Below, piece by piece: positions 8,613 through 18,811 of a stretch of DNA of 64,000 nt (its first letter is position 1; each line of letters opens with the position of its first letter). Source of the stretch: Candidatus Pelethousia sp. (GTDB lineage Bacteria; Bacillota; Clostridia; Christensenellales; CAG-138); assembly GCA_034928145.1 (NCBI GenBank), contig JAYFPE010000005.1, positions 17,622 to 81,621 on the forward strand. The letters run 5' to 3'. The translations under genes and the position numbers were made by a program. The notes beneath the pieces are model-generated. The model made no database searches, was not told the origin of the DNA, and saw only the letters and a program-made list of their open reading frames with translations.

Positions 8613-8696
8613 GCGCTTGCCTCCCATATGCTGCTGCCCCTAGTGTTGCGCAAAAAAAGAGGGCCTATCCCTCGATCTGGGATAGGCCACGGCCAT

Positions 8697-10115
8697 TTAC
8701 CAGGGCATCACAAAGCCTTCGTCCGGTACATAATCGCGCGTCTCCATCTCTTCGGCGCTAGTTAGGAAATATTTATTCGGCCTGTCGCCCGTATCCGCGA
8801 AGGTGCAATCCACATACAGCGTTTCGCCGCTGAGGCGCACCATGTTCCAGGCGTGGCCCTCCCCATCCTGATAGCCGTTTATCGTCCAGCAGGGCAGGCC
8901 AAGTTCGTTGCACAGGGCCTGGAACGCGCGGGCATAGCCCGTGCAAACCGTTTTGCCGGCAACCAACGCTCCATAGGCGCTGCGCAGGATCTGCATCTCC
9001 TGCGTAAGCGTTTTCTGCTCCGTGGCCTCGCGGATGTCGTCGTCGTATTCCGTAATCTCCATCACCCGCTCGAACACGGCCCGGTAGGCCGTTTTCGCAT
9101 CCGTGCCCTCACCCAGCCGCGCTTTGAGCGTCTGTGCCTCTGCCGCAATGGCGTTATCCAGCTCCGCCTGGGCCTCTGCTATGCGGCTGTCCTTGGCGTC
9201 GAATTCCAGCCAGAAGCGGCAGATCTGGCGGGGGCTTGGGTTTTCCAGCAACTCATACCAGATGGAATCGCCCTCACAGGCCAACGAGGCGCTGTTGACC
9301 TCGGCTGTATTAATCCAGCTGAAAAGCGTTTCCTCATCAGGCCGCATATCCTCCAGGATGAGGGTTACCTTGTCCGCCCCGGCAGCCCAGCCTTCCACCA
9401 GGGCGTCGATCATTTCCAGGCTGTTGTCTACCACCGGTATATCCGTCAGTGGGATCGTATCCGGCTCATACTCCAGGTTAATATCCAGCTCCACAAAAGT
9501 TTCGCCATCCGTACCCGAATATTCGCTCAGCACCCACTGCGCGCTGGAAACCAGATAAACATAAGCGTAATTCGTATTGAGGACGACATCCAGATCCTTC
9601 TTGAGGGTAGCGTTGAGGGCATCGAGATCCTGCCATTTATAAAGGCGCAGGGCCTGCTGCTGCTTGGCTTCCATCATATGCGTGAGCAGGGCTTCCAGCA
9701 CGCCTGCCCCATAGGCCTCCACCGCGAGGCCACCCTGCGCGTCGCGGGGCATATCCGCCAGCAGGCTCATCTTCGCCGGCGTAAGGGTGATGTGGGTGGC
9801 CACATAGCCCCGCTCCTGCGTGAAGGATACATCGTAGGCGGCAAGAAAACGGCGCAAAGGGTAACTCCCGCTCTCCCGCGCCTTCCATAGCCCATCCCGC
9901 ACCGCTTGCTCCACCGCCGCTTGGCGGCCCCGATAGTTGAGGCGCAGCTCCGTTTGCCCGCTGAGGATGGCCGCCTCCATCATTTCACAAAGGGCGCCGG
10001 GATCAAGCTCCTCTATTTTGATCCCCTGGCGCAAAAGGGCTTCCCGCGAAGGCTGGCAGCCCGATAGCGAAAACAATAGCAGCGCGCATAGAACAAGGGC
10101 CGCGATCCGTTTCAT
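8697..10115 (-). CDS. Lipoprotein with a C-terminal transglutaminase-like cysteine protease domain
   Basis: Lipobox LFSLSGC. The Cys/His/Asp core is in CTGYARAF...GEGHAWNMV...YVDCT. Confidence 0.7.
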   Translation of the reverse strand: MKRIAALVLCALLLFSLSGCQPSREALLRQGIKIEELDPGALCEMMEAAILSGQTELRLNYRGRQAAVEQAVRDGLWKARESGSYPLRRFLAAYDVSFTQERGYVATHITLTPAKMSLLADMPRDAQGGLAVEAYGAGVLEALLTHMMEAKQQQALRLYKWQDLDALNATLKKDLDVVLNTNYAYVYLVSSAQWVLSEYSGTDGETFVELDINLEYEPDTIPLTDIPVVDNSLEMIDALVEGWAAGADKVTLILEDMRPDEETLFSWINTAEVNSASLACEGDSIWYELLENPSPRQICRFWLEFDAKDSRIAEAQAELDNAIAAEAQTLKARLGEGTDAKTAYRAVFERVMEITEYDDDIREATEQKTLTQEMQILRSAYGALVAGKTVCTGYARAFQALCNELGLPCWTINGYQDGEGHAWNMVRLSGETLYVDCTFADTGDRPNKYFLTSAEEMETRDYVPDEGFVMPW

Positions 10116-10188
10116 GAAAACCTCGTACTTTCCTTTTTTAAAAAAGGGGAGAGCATCACTCCCCCCTTCGCGTTTTGCGAAAAAGCTT

Positions 10189-11631
10189 TTAGTAAGCCCG
10201 GCCGAAATACATCAGATGCTTGGCCTTTTTATCGCAGAAGATGCAGTTATCTCCATGGGCCTCCGCATCGTAATCCAGGGTATAGCAGCGGGTAGACGCG
10301 CCGGTGATGGCTTTGATCTCATCCTCACACTCCCGCTCACCGCACCAGGGCGCGCGGGCAAAGCCCGTTTTCACAGCCTCCATGAACGCGCCGAAATCCC
10401 GCACATCCCGCGTACGTTCCTCGCGGATCGCCAGCGCCTTGTTGAACATGCTCCGATGGATGTCATCCAGCAATTGCTTGATGGTATCCGCCAAGCCCTC
10501 CAGCGAAACGAAGAGCTTTTCGTGGGTATCCCGCCGCACCAGCACGGCCTGGCCCTTTTCGATATCCTTGGGCCCGAGCTCAACGCGCACGGGCACGCCC
10601 TTCATTTCCCATTGGTTGAACTTCCAGCCCGCGCTCTGCTCGCTGTCATCCAGCTTCATGCGGATGCCCGCGGCCTTGAGGCTGCGGAAGACTTCGTCGG
10701 CCTTATCCATCACGCCCTCCTTGTGGGTTGCGATGGGCACGATCACGGCCTGATAAGGCGCGATGCGGGGAGGTAGCACCAAGCCGCGGTCATCGCCGTG
10801 CACCATGATCACGCCGCCGATCATGCGGGTGGAGGTGCCCCAACTGGTGGTGTGGCAGTATTCCTGGCGGCCTTCTTTGCTTAGGTACATAATTTCGTAG
10901 CTCTTGGCAAAATTCTGCGCCATGTTGTGCGAGGTGCCCATTTGCAGTGCTTTGCCATCCTGCATCATGGCCTCCATGGTATAGGTGGCATACGCGCCGG
11001 CGAACTTTTCCTTTTCGCTCTTGCGGCCCGTGAGCACGGGGATAGCCAGCACGTTCTCGGCAAAGTCCTTATAGACGCCCAGCATGCGCATGGTCTCCTC
11101 CTGGGCCTCATCGAAGGTGGCGTGAGCCGTGTGGCCCTCCTGCCAGAGGAACTCTGCCGTGCGCAGGAAGGGACGGGTGCTCTTTTCCCAGCGCATCACG
11201 TTGCACCACTGATTCATCAGCATGGGCAGATCGCGGTAGGACTGGATCCACTTAGCGTACATGGTGCCGATAATGGTTTCGCTGGTGGGGCGGATGGCCA
11301 GGCGCTCCGTGAGGGTTTCGGTGCCGCCCTGTGTAACCCAGGCCACCTCCGGCGCGAAGCCTTCGACATGTTCGGCCTCCCGCATAAGCATGCTCTCGGG
11401 AATCAGCAGGGGGAAATAGGCGTTCACATGCCCCGTATCCTTAAAGCGCTGGTCCATCTGCGCCTGCATCAGCTCCCAGATGGCGTAGCCATAGGGCTTG
11501 ATGACCATGCAGCCTCGGACTTCGCTGTAATCCGACATATCGGTTTTAATAACCACATCGGTATACCATTGGGCGAAATCCTCGCTGCGACTGGCGATGT
11601 GCTGTACGAATTCCTCGTTGTTCTTTGCCAT
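10189..11631 (-). CDS. proS: Proline--tRNA ligase (archaeal/eukaryote-like type, about 480 aa)
   Basis: N-terminus is FAQWYTDVVIKTDMSDYSEVRGCMVIKPYGYAIWE. Class II motifs and a C-terminal zinc-type tail (CIFCDKKAKHLMYFGRAY) are present. Confidence 0.93.
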   Translation of the reverse strand: MAKNNEEFVQHIASRSEDFAQWYTDVVIKTDMSDYSEVRGCMVIKPYGYAIWELMQAQMDQRFKDTGHVNAYFPLLIPESMLMREAEHVEGFAPEVAWVTQGGTETLTERLAIRPTSETIIGTMYAKWIQSYRDLPMLMNQWCNVMRWEKSTRPFLRTAEFLWQEGHTAHATFDEAQEETMRMLGVYKDFAENVLAIPVLTGRKSEKEKFAGAYATYTMEAMMQDGKALQMGTSHNMAQNFAKSYEIMYLSKEGRQEYCHTTSWGTSTRMIGGVIMVHGDDRGLVLPPRIAPYQAVIVPIATHKEGVMDKADEVFRSLKAAGIRMKLDDSEQSAGWKFNQWEMKGVPVRVELGPKDIEKGQAVLVRRDTHEKLFVSLEGLADTIKQLLDDIHRSMFNKALAIREERTRDVRDFGAFMEAVKTGFARAPWCGERECEDEIKAITGASTRCYTLDYDAEAHGDNCIFCDKKAKHLMYFGRAY

Positions 11632-11702
11632 GCTCCGTTTCGTTCCTCCAAGCTAAATAAATGCAATATCAAAAAACACTATAGCATCCGGCCAGGGCCT
11701 TG

Positions 11703-12707
11703 TCAAATGCCCCGGAGGATGTCGTCGATGATGTCGTCCAGGCCGCCGGGCACGCTCATAGCGGGCGCAGCCGCGGACTCCACGGGCGCGGCGGAAAGGA
11801 TATCGCTCACGGAATACACCCGCTCCTCTGCGGGCGCTTTTGCAGGCGCGGGCCCATCCAGCGCGCTGACCAATTCCACCAAGAGCGCGTCCGCATCCAA
11901 CTCGGATTCCATACGGACCACCGGTGCGGCGTCGATCTGCGGCTCAGGCTGGGGACCCGCCTGGGAATTCGGTTCCGGTTCCGGTTCCGGCTTCGGCTCC
12001 GGCTCGCATAGGGGCGCTTCCTCGGACTCTTCGCCGGGGAGCGAGCGGCCCTGCAAGGCATAGATATTCTGCATCAGCGCCTGGGGGGAGTTATAATCCT
12101 CCGGCAGCGCCACCGCCTCCACCTTGGCCGTACCCGCGCTGGAATTGCCGATATCCAGCACAAAGGAGCCAAAGGCCGCGGCCTGCTGCCGGGCCTCTTC
12201 CGCAGCCTGGCGCAGGCGCTCCTTTAGGCCGGCCGCCTTTTGCTCGGCCTCTGCCACATAGGCATCCGCCTGGGCTATGCGCTGGGCCGCCTTCTGTTCC
12301 GCCTCTTGGCGGGTCTGCGCCGCCTGCTCCTGTGCTTCGGCGCGCAACTGGGCCGCTTGGCTTTCCGCCTGGGCCCGGATCTGCCCGGCCTCCTGCCTGG
12401 CCGCCTGGATGGTCTCCTCGGCTTCCCTTTGGGCCGCGTCCCGCTCCGAATAAGCGTTGCCCACGACCTGGGTCTTGTAGGCGTCCGCCTCTTCGCGGAT
12501 GCGGGCTGCGGCGCGCTGGGCTTCCGTTAGGGCGTTGATGATGGCCTCGCCCCGGGAGCGGTAGTCTGTTACCTCAGCCTGCAACTGAGCCTCCCTGCCC
12601 ATGAGCTCCTCTACCCGCTTCGTCAGAACGGCAATCTCCGCCTCACGCTGGGCAACGGCGTTCTCCCGCTGCGCCAGCATTGCCTGCAATTCTTTCTTCC
12701 CTGCCAT
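11703..12707 (-). CDS. Ala/Glu/Gln-rich coiled-coil protein with a (PE)n tract
   Basis: Long heptad-like AEAQ/REAE repeats, then the PEPKPEPEPEPEPN tract. No family assigned. Confidence 0.5.
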   Translation of the reverse strand: MAGKKELQAMLAQRENAVAQREAEIAVLTKRVEELMGREAQLQAEVTDYRSRGEAIINALTEAQRAAARIREEADAYKTQVVGNAYSERDAAQREAEETIQAARQEAGQIRAQAESQAAQLRAEAQEQAAQTRQEAEQKAAQRIAQADAYVAEAEQKAAGLKERLRQAAEEARQQAAAFGSFVLDIGNSSAGTAKVEAVALPEDYNSPQALMQNIYALQGRSLPGEESEEAPLCEPEPKPEPEPEPNSQAGPQPEPQIDAAPVVRMESELDADALLVELVSALDGPAPAKAPAEERVYSVSDILSAAPVESAAAPAMSVPGGLDDIIDDILRGI

Positions 12708-12769
12708 AAATGCAATTTCCTTCCCCTGAATTCTATATGATGGATGTGGATATTGTTCCTTGCCTTCGC

Positions 12770-13828
12770 TTATATATCCAGCCGCTGTTGCTGCGAATCC
12801 GCCGGGGCGGCCTCCGCCGGGGCGGCCTCCGCCGGGGGCGGTGCGTAACCCATATGCGCATAGCCCGCGGGCAGCACGATGCGGCCCCTGGGCGTGCGGG
12901 CGATCAGCCCTAACTGCAAAAGGTACGGCTCGTAAACATCCTCGATGGTGGTGGCATCCTCGCCGGTGGCGGCGGCGATGGTATCAAGGCCTACAGGTCT
13001 GCCGCCGAATTTCTCGATCATGGTGAGCAGCATGCGTCTATCCACCTTGTCGAGCCCCAGCTCATCGATGGCCAGCATCTCAAGGCCCGCCCGGGCGGAC
13101 GAAAGGTCGATGCTGCCGTTGCCGCGCACCTGGGCATAATCCCGTACCCTCTTCAAAAGCCGGTTGACGATGCGGGGCGTGCCTCGGGATCGGCCCGCGA
13201 TCTCCAGCGCAGCCTCCCTATCGATTTCGATATGCAGAATGTCCGCGCTGCGGCGGATGATCTCTTGCAAATCCTCCGGGGCGTAAAGCTCTAGCTGTTC
13301 CTTGATGCCGAAGCGATCCCGCAAGGGTGAAGTGAGCAAACCCATGCGGGTGGTGGCCCCGATCAGGGTGAAGCGGGGCAGATCCAGCCGGATGGAATGG
13401 GCGCTGGGGCCTTTGCCGATGATGATATCCAGCGCGTAATCCTCCATCGCCGGATAGAGCACTTCCTCCACGCTGGCGTTGAGGCGGTGAATTTCGTCGA
13501 TGAAGAGGATATCCCCGGGCGCGAGGTTGGTCAAAATGGCTGCCAAATCGCCCGCGTGGCTGATGGCGGGGCCGCTGGTGACCCGCAGGCTCCCGCCCAT
13601 CTCATTGGCCACGATGGCGGCCAGGGTGGTTTTACCCAAGCCCGGCGGGCCGTAAAAGAGGGCGTGATCCAGCGACTCGGCCCTGTGCTTGGCGGCCTCG
13701 ATATAGATGCGCATGTGTTCCTTCACATGGTGCTGGCCGATATACTCGTTTAAAAAGCGGGGTCTGAGGCTATATTCGGTTTGTTCATCCTCCAACATCA
13801 TGGAGGAGGTGATGAGCCGTTCGTCCAT
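12770..13828 (-). CDS. ruvB: Holliday junction branch migration ATPase RuvB
   Basis: Walker [16 protein letters not shown], and a RuvB C-terminal winged helix. An extra Pro/Ala-rich tail is present. Confidence 0.95.
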   Translation of the reverse strand: MDERLITSSMMLEDEQTEYSLRPRFLNEYIGQHHVKEHMRIYIEAAKHRAESLDHALFYGPPGLGKTTLAAIVANEMGGSLRVTSGPAISHAGDLAAILTNLAPGDILFIDEIHRLNASVEEVLYPAMEDYALDIIIGKGPSAHSIRLDLPRFTLIGATTRMGLLTSPLRDRFGIKEQLELYAPEDLQEIIRRSADILHIEIDREAALEIAGRSRGTPRIVNRLLKRVRDYAQVRGNGSIDLSSARAGLEMLAIDELGLDKVDRRMLLTMIEKFGGRPVGLDTIAAATGEDATTIEDVYEPYLLQLGLIARTPRGRIVLPAGYAHMGYAPPPAEAAPAEAAPADSQQQRLDI

Positions 13829-13844
13829 CCCGTTCTCCTATTCC

Positions 13845-14429
13845 CTATTTGGCGGCCAGGCTTCGAAGCGCCGCCGTGATCATATCCTCGACCCGCTCAC
13901 ACGCCGGCGCGGCAGCCACGGCCCGCCCAGCTACCACGCCGTCGTAGCCTAGGGCCACCAGGGCGGCCGTGGCTTCTGCCCGCATATCGAGCGAAACGCC
14001 GCCGCCAAGAGCGCCGGCCGCGCCCATATCCGCCGAAACCTTTTCTTTCAGCTCCAAAAGCAGGCGGGCGGCCGTCTTTTTACCCATACCGGGCACCCGG
14101 CTCAAAGCGGCGTCATTCTCCGTAAGGATGGCAGCCGCAATATCGGATACGCTTAAATGGCTCAGCACGGCCAGGGCCAGCTTGGGGCCCACCCGGGTCA
14201 CGCCGATCAGCCGGCGGAACATGGCCCGCTCCTGCGTGGATGCAAAGCCATAAAGGGATACCGCATCCTGCGCCAGGTGAAAATGCACGTACAGCTTAGC
14301 CATTGCCCCGGTTTGGAGGGCCTTTAGCGTAGCGGTGGAGCATTGCAGCTCGTAGCCTACGCCGCCAGCCTCAACTACGGCCCGATCCGGCGCGAGCTCT
14401 TCCACAATGCCGCGAATATGTGCAAACAT
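13845..14429 (-). CDS. ruvA: Holliday junction DNA-binding protein RuvA
   Basis: MFAHIRGIV...GVGYEL N-terminus, HhH motifs (GVTRVGPKLAL, VPGMGKKTAARL), and synteny with ruvB and ruvC. Confidence 0.9.
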   Translation of the reverse strand: MFAHIRGIVEELAPDRAVVEAGGVGYELQCSTATLKALQTGAMAKLYVHFHLAQDAVSLYGFASTQERAMFRRLIGVTRVGPKLALAVLSHLSVSDIAAAILTENDAALSRVPGMGKKTAARLLLELKEKVSADMGAAGALGGGVSLDMRAEATAALVALGYDGVVAGRAVAAAPACERVEDMITAALRSLAAK

Positions 14430-14451
14430 GATCTATCTCCTCAATCGTGTG

Positions 14452-14952
14452 CTAGCGGATACGGAATTCCTCCGCTGCCGGGCCAGAGGTATTGGCATGG
14501 CAGATGGCCGCGCCCAGGGCATCCGCCGCGTCGTCCGGCTTGGGCAGTTCCTTCAGGCAGAGCAGAAGGCGCACCATTTGTTGGATCTGCCGCTTATCCG
14601 CATGTCCGTTGCCGCACACGGCCAGTTTGATCTGCATAGGGGTATATTCATACAGCGGCAGGCCCGCTTGCTGGGCCGCAAGAAGAGCCACGCCCCGCCC
14701 GGCGCCCACCTGCAGGGCCGTGGTCACGTTGCGGTAGAAGAAAAGCTCTTCAAAGGCTACCTGCTCCGGCTTATAGAGGCCAATGAGCTGGCGCACCCCC
14801 AGGTATAGCTTATCCAGCCGCTGGGGAAAAGGCTCGTCCGCAGCCGTTTCGATCACGCCATAGTCCACGGGTCTGGGCCGCCGGCCCAGCCTGGATTCCA
14901 GCACGCCGTAGCCCAAAATGGCATAGCCCGGATCAATGCCCAAAATGATCAA
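14452..14952 (-). CDS. ruvC: Crossover junction endodeoxyribonuclease RuvC
   Basis: MIILGIDPGYAILGYGV N-terminus with the catalytic Asp, and DAADALGAAICH near the C-terminus. Confidence 0.9.
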   Translation of the reverse strand: MIILGIDPGYAILGYGVLESRLGRRPRPVDYGVIETAADEPFPQRLDKLYLGVRQLIGLYKPEQVAFEELFFYRNVTTALQVGAGRGVALLAAQQAGLPLYEYTPMQIKLAVCGNGHADKRQIQQMVRLLLCLKELPKPDDAADALGAAICHANTSGPAAEEFRIR

Positions 14953-15079
14953 TGCTCCACCTCATATTTATACTTATTTTATTGTACCATGGGAATTTAT
15001 GTTTCACAACCCGATTTGCGCTGCTTCAAGCAGAAAAGGAGCGCTTCCTGCGGGCGCTCCTGCTGTTCCATATCTCCCT

Positions 15080-15691
15080 TTATCCCTCGATGCCCTCCAA
15101 GTAAATGTTGATGTCCTCCAGGCTATCGAAGGGCAGACCCTCGGCGCATTCCGCAGCCGCATCGGCGGGCAGATCTACATCCAGGGTCAGCAACACCTCC
15201 ACGGCTAGCTTTTCATTCGTTTTGCGCACGGTGAGGATTTCGTTTTCCAGCCAAAGCACATAATGCTCGGGACAGAAGCTGTCCGATGTGAGGCGCAGGG
15301 TCACCGCCTCGGGGCTGAAAGCTTCCACCGCTTCCGCCCCGTAGGCTTCCTCCAGCTCCAGCCTGGTCTTGCCGATAACGGGCTGCGCGTCCGTCAGCTC
15401 TACGATGTGGCCGCAGGCCATTTGGTAGCGCCAGGTTACAACCGCATCCGGCGATACGGTTTTACTGTCCCTTTTGGCCACCTCCGCTGCGCCTGCGGGC
15501 TGCTCCGCAGCCTCTATTGGATCGGTCTGCGTAGCCTCCGGGGGCAGAGCGGCCTCCGTCGGGGATTCTATGTTCACCCGTTCCCTGCTTCCAAAGCTGT
15601 AGCCTCCGGCCGCGCCCAGCAGCAACATGGCGCAGCAGAGCATCAGCGCCGTGGAGGCGCGCAAAACGCCAGAGGGATACAATCCGTTCAT
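15080..15691 (-). CDS. N-terminally anchored hypothetical protein (possibly BofC-like C-terminal domain)
   Basis: A single TM helix followed by a soluble domain. The BofC-like assignment is only an impression. Confidence 0.4.
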   Translation of the reverse strand: MNGLYPSGVLRASTALMLCCAMLLLGAAGGYSFGSRERVNIESPTEAALPPEATQTDPIEAAEQPAGAAEVAKRDSKTVSPDAVVTWRYQMACGHIVELTDAQPVIGKTRLELEEAYGAEAVEAFSPEAVTLRLTSDSFCPEHYVLWLENEILTVRKTNEKLAVEVLLTLDVDLPADAAAECAEGLPFDSLEDINIYLEGIEG

Positions 15692-15884
15692 AAACCAAAA
15701 CCTCCTTGGGGTTTTGGTTTATTATTCCCATAGACAGTACATAACCATACCAGAATGTGTTTTTTGCCTTACGAGCGGCCCAGGCCAGCGCATAGGCGCC
15801 TCTTTTTTAATCCGATTTATTGCGCCCTGGAACGAACAGCGGCGCACAATGCCATGCGCCGCTATGCTTGCCGCTTACCGTCTA

Positions 15885-17306
15885 TCAATCGATGATATCC
15901 GCATACTTGCCGCCCAGTATCTCCGTACCCACCAGGTTTAGGTCGGCAATGGTGAGGGTAATATCCATCTCCTTGCCATCGCGCCAGATATGGAAGTCAA
16001 TCGTATCGCCCACCTGCAAGCCGGCCACATAATCCACCAGGTCGCTGTGCTCACCAGGTATGACGCCATTGTAGGAGAGGATGATATCATTCACGCGCAG
16101 GTCCGCCTGATGGGCCGGGCCGTTGCGGGTCACGGTATAGACCAGTACGCCCTCGGGGATATCGTATTCTTCGGCGTAATAGGCATCGATGGTTACCACA
16201 GAAATGCCGATGCCGGGCCGCACCACGTGCCCTGTGGTGATCAACTCCTCCACCACCTTCATGGCGTCGTCGATGGGGATAGCGTAGCCGATGCCCTCGG
16301 CGTTGACCATGTTGCCATAGTCATCATAGCCGGCATAAAGGGTTTTTGCGCTGGTAATGCCGATCACCCTGCCCTGCATATCAAGCAGGGGGCCGCCGCT
16401 GGAGCCGGGGTTGATGGCCGCATCCGTTTGCAAATAGCTGTTGATACGGCCATCCACATTTGTTTCGCGGCTTGTGGCGCTGATGATGCCGAAGGTGGCC
16501 GTATCCGCCAGCTTCTCACCCGTAGGGTTGCCGATGGCCACGGCGAAATCGCCCACCCGCACATCGGCGCTCGTGCCGAGGGCCAGGGATGTGAGTGAAT
16601 CCGCAGATTCGATCTTAAGCACGGCCACATCAAGGCGCGTATCCGCGCCCACCATCTCGGCCTGGAGCTCATCCCCGTCGGTAAATTTCACCATCACGCG
16701 GGAAGCATCCTCCACCACGTGGGCATTGGTAATGATATACCCCTCGCTGGAAACAATAAATCCGCTGCCATAGCTGCCCAAAAAGTCCTCGTCGCCGCTT
16801 TCGGACGCGTAATAGATATCCAGGCCCACCACGCCCTCGCTCGAATGCTCCACAATATCGGGCAGGGGGTTGACCGCGTTGCCGAGCGCCGGCGCTTGCC
16901 CGTCAAAGACTGGCAAAGGCCTCGAAACATATTCGGGCGGCTCGACCTGCTCGGGCTTAGTCGATTCGGGCGCCGGTTGCGGCTCCTCCGTGCTGGGGCC
17001 GAAGCCGCGCTTCCATTCCCAATCCCATTCCCAAATATCCTCGGGGGCGTGCTCCACGCCCTCGCGAATCAGGGCGGATATACCGCTGGCGCCCAGGGAT
17101 ACCAGCCCCGTAATCAGCGAGCCCAGCGCCAGGCCCACCAGCAGGCAGACCGCGCCCACAGCCACATAGCCGCCTATGTTGCCACGCTTTTGCCCTGACT
17201 GCTCCGCGCTAAAGCGGGGGCGCGCATTGGGATAAGAAGCGGGCGCTTGCTCCTCGTTTGACGGATTTTGCTGTTGTTCAGGCTGATAGGTGTTGTTTTC
17301 TTCCAT
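15885..17306 (-). CDS. HtrA/DegP-family serine protease with PDZ domain
   Basis: Trypsin-like triad context (ITNAHVV ... TDAAINPGSSGGPLLD) and a C-terminal PDZ domain. Confidence 0.9.
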   Translation of the reverse strand: MEENNTYQPEQQQNPSNEEQAPASYPNARPRFSAEQSGQKRGNIGGYVAVGAVCLLVGLALGSLITGLVSLGASGISALIREGVEHAPEDIWEWDWEWKRGFGPSTEEPQPAPESTKPEQVEPPEYVSRPLPVFDGQAPALGNAVNPLPDIVEHSSEGVVGLDIYYASESGDEDFLGSYGSGFIVSSEGYIITNAHVVEDASRVMVKFTDGDELQAEMVGADTRLDVAVLKIESADSLTSLALGTSADVRVGDFAVAIGNPTGEKLADTATFGIISATSRETNVDGRINSYLQTDAAINPGSSGGPLLDMQGRVIGITSAKTLYAGYDDYGNMVNAEGIGYAIPIDDAMKVVEELITTGHVVRPGIGISVVTIDAYYAEEYDIPEGVLVYTVTRNGPAHQADLRVNDIILSYNGVIPGEHSDLVDYVAGLQVGDTIDFHIWRDGKEMDITLTIADLNLVGTEILGGKYADIID

Positions 17307-17335
17307 ATAGATTCCTTTCCACGAATCGCTTCGCG

Positions 17336-18811
17336 CTATGCGCGCCGCTGCGAGAGTTTGGGCTGCGGCTGGGGCCGCTCGGCCCGTTTTAGGGTAAAAA
17401 TGAAGGCCGTGCCGCTGCCCAGTTCGCTCTCAACTGTTATATCCTGCCCGTGGGCGGCGATGATGCGCTTGACGATGGAAAGCCCTAGGCCGGTACCGCT
17501 TTGCGCATGGGGGGTATGCGCCTTTTCGGCTTTGTAGAACCGATCGAACACATAGGGAATATCCTCCGCCGCCATGCCCTTGCCGCTATCCGCTACGCGG
17601 ATGGTGGCAAGCCGCTTATCCGCAGCCGTAGAGATGACCAGCCGACCTCCCTCGGGGGTAAATTTAATGGCGTTGTCGATGAGGTTTCGCAACACCTGGG
17701 CGATCTGGTCTGCGTCCGCTTCAACATAGCAGTAATTTTCGGAAAAATCAAGGGCTATTTCGATATGCGCAGAGTCGATGCGGGCCTCGAAGGTCAATAG
17801 GGTGCGGGCGATGAGCTCGTTAATATCGAAAGCGCTCAAATTTAGCGTGTACTGGCCGGATTCGATGCGGGCAAGATCCAACAGGTCGTTAACCATGCCG
17901 GTCATGCGCCGGTTCTCGTCGATGACGATCGCAAGGTATTTGGGGCTTTCCTCCGGGGGGATGGTGCCATCCTGTATGGCCTCCAAAAAGCCGCGCATGG
18001 AGGTGAGCGGCGAGCGCAGCTCGTGCGAAACATTGGCCACGAAGCTGCGGCGGGATTGCTCCAATGAATTGAGCTCATTGGCCATCAGGTTAAAGCTTTT
18101 GCCCAGCTGGGCTACTTCATCCTGCCCTTTGGCGCGCAGGCGCAGGTCGAACTCGCCTTTGGAAAAGCGCAGCACCGTGGCGTTCATATCGATGATGGGC
18201 CGGGTGATGCGGCCCGTGGTATAGCTTACCGCTAAAAAGGCCACCAACACCGCAATGCAGGAATAGAGCAGCACATCCATCCATACCTGGCGCACGGAAG
18301 CATTGATGCGGCTCATATCCGTGTGTAAAAAAAGGGCAGCGATCATCTTTTCGCCATTGGCGATGGGAGCTATAAGGGTCATCACCGGGATATCCACCCG
18401 ATCCTGGAGCATATCGGTTGCGATGCGGCCGGCGTCCGTCCCGCCAAGCAGGGCGAGCGCCTGTTCTTCCACATCCATATCCTGGCTGCCCTTCCATTTT
18501 TCCTGCGAGCCTTCATCCACAAAGGCCCGTTTTCCGTATTTGGCATCGGCAAAGCGCAGCACGATCATGGCGTCGTATTTGCGCGCGATGGTCAGGAGCT
18601 CTTTTTCCGCCAGGGGCCGCTTGTCGTCATCCATATAGCGGTTGACCACCGTATCGGCGATCTCCTCTGCCTCGCGCCGGAGTTCGCTCTCCTTTTCCCC
18701 CATATATTGCTGCTGGAACATGCTGCCCACCGTAACGCCCAAGAGGATCATCAGCCCCAGCGTTACGGAAAGGTAGGTGACCAGCATGCGGGAAAAGAGG
18801 GTTTTGAACAT
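17336..18811 (-). CDS. Sensor histidine kinase (HAMP-HisKA-HATPase)
   Basis: H-box FVANVSHELRSPLTSM; N, G1 and G2 boxes (NLIDNAIKF, DSGKGM, GTGLGLSIV). Confidence 0.9.
   Translation of the reverse strand: MFKTLFSRMLVTYLSVTLGLMILLGVTVGSMFQQQYMGEKESELRREAEEIADTVVNRYMDDDKRPLAEKELLTIARKYDAMIVLRFADAKYGKRAFVDEGSQEKWKGSQDMDVEEQALALLGGTDAGRIATDMLQDRVDIPVMTLIAPIANGEKMIAALFLHTDMSRINASVRQVWMDVLLYSCIAVLVAFLAVSYTTGRITRPIIDMNATVLRFSKGEFDLRLRAKGQDEVAQLGKSFNLMANELNSLEQSRRSFVANVSHELRSPLTSMRGFLEAIQDGTIPPEESPKYLAIVIDENRRMTGMVNDLLDLARIESGQYTLNLSAFDINELIARTLLTFEARIDSAHIEIALDFSENYCYVEADADQIAQVLRNLIDNAIKFTPEGGRLVISTAADKRLATIRVADSGKGMAAEDIPYVFDRFYKAEKAHTPHAQSGTGLGLSIVKRIIAAHGQDITVESELGSGTAFIFTLKRAERPQPQPKLSQRRA

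Noticed and set aside
8853-9890. Long antisense ORFs opposite well-supported genes. Other examples are 10927-12063, 18707-19948, 20412-21443, 27574-29034 and 52838-53908.
   Set aside because: These are shadow ORFs, which are typical of G+C-rich coding DNA. Their translations are Arg/Gly/Ala/Pro/His-rich low-complexity sequence. They have no SD sites, and each lies fully inside a gene with clear family motifs on the other strand.
11632-11702. Possible T-box leader upstream of proS.
   Set aside because: Only about 70 nt separate proS from the upstream gene. That is too short for a T-box, and no specifier-loop or T-box sequence is visible.
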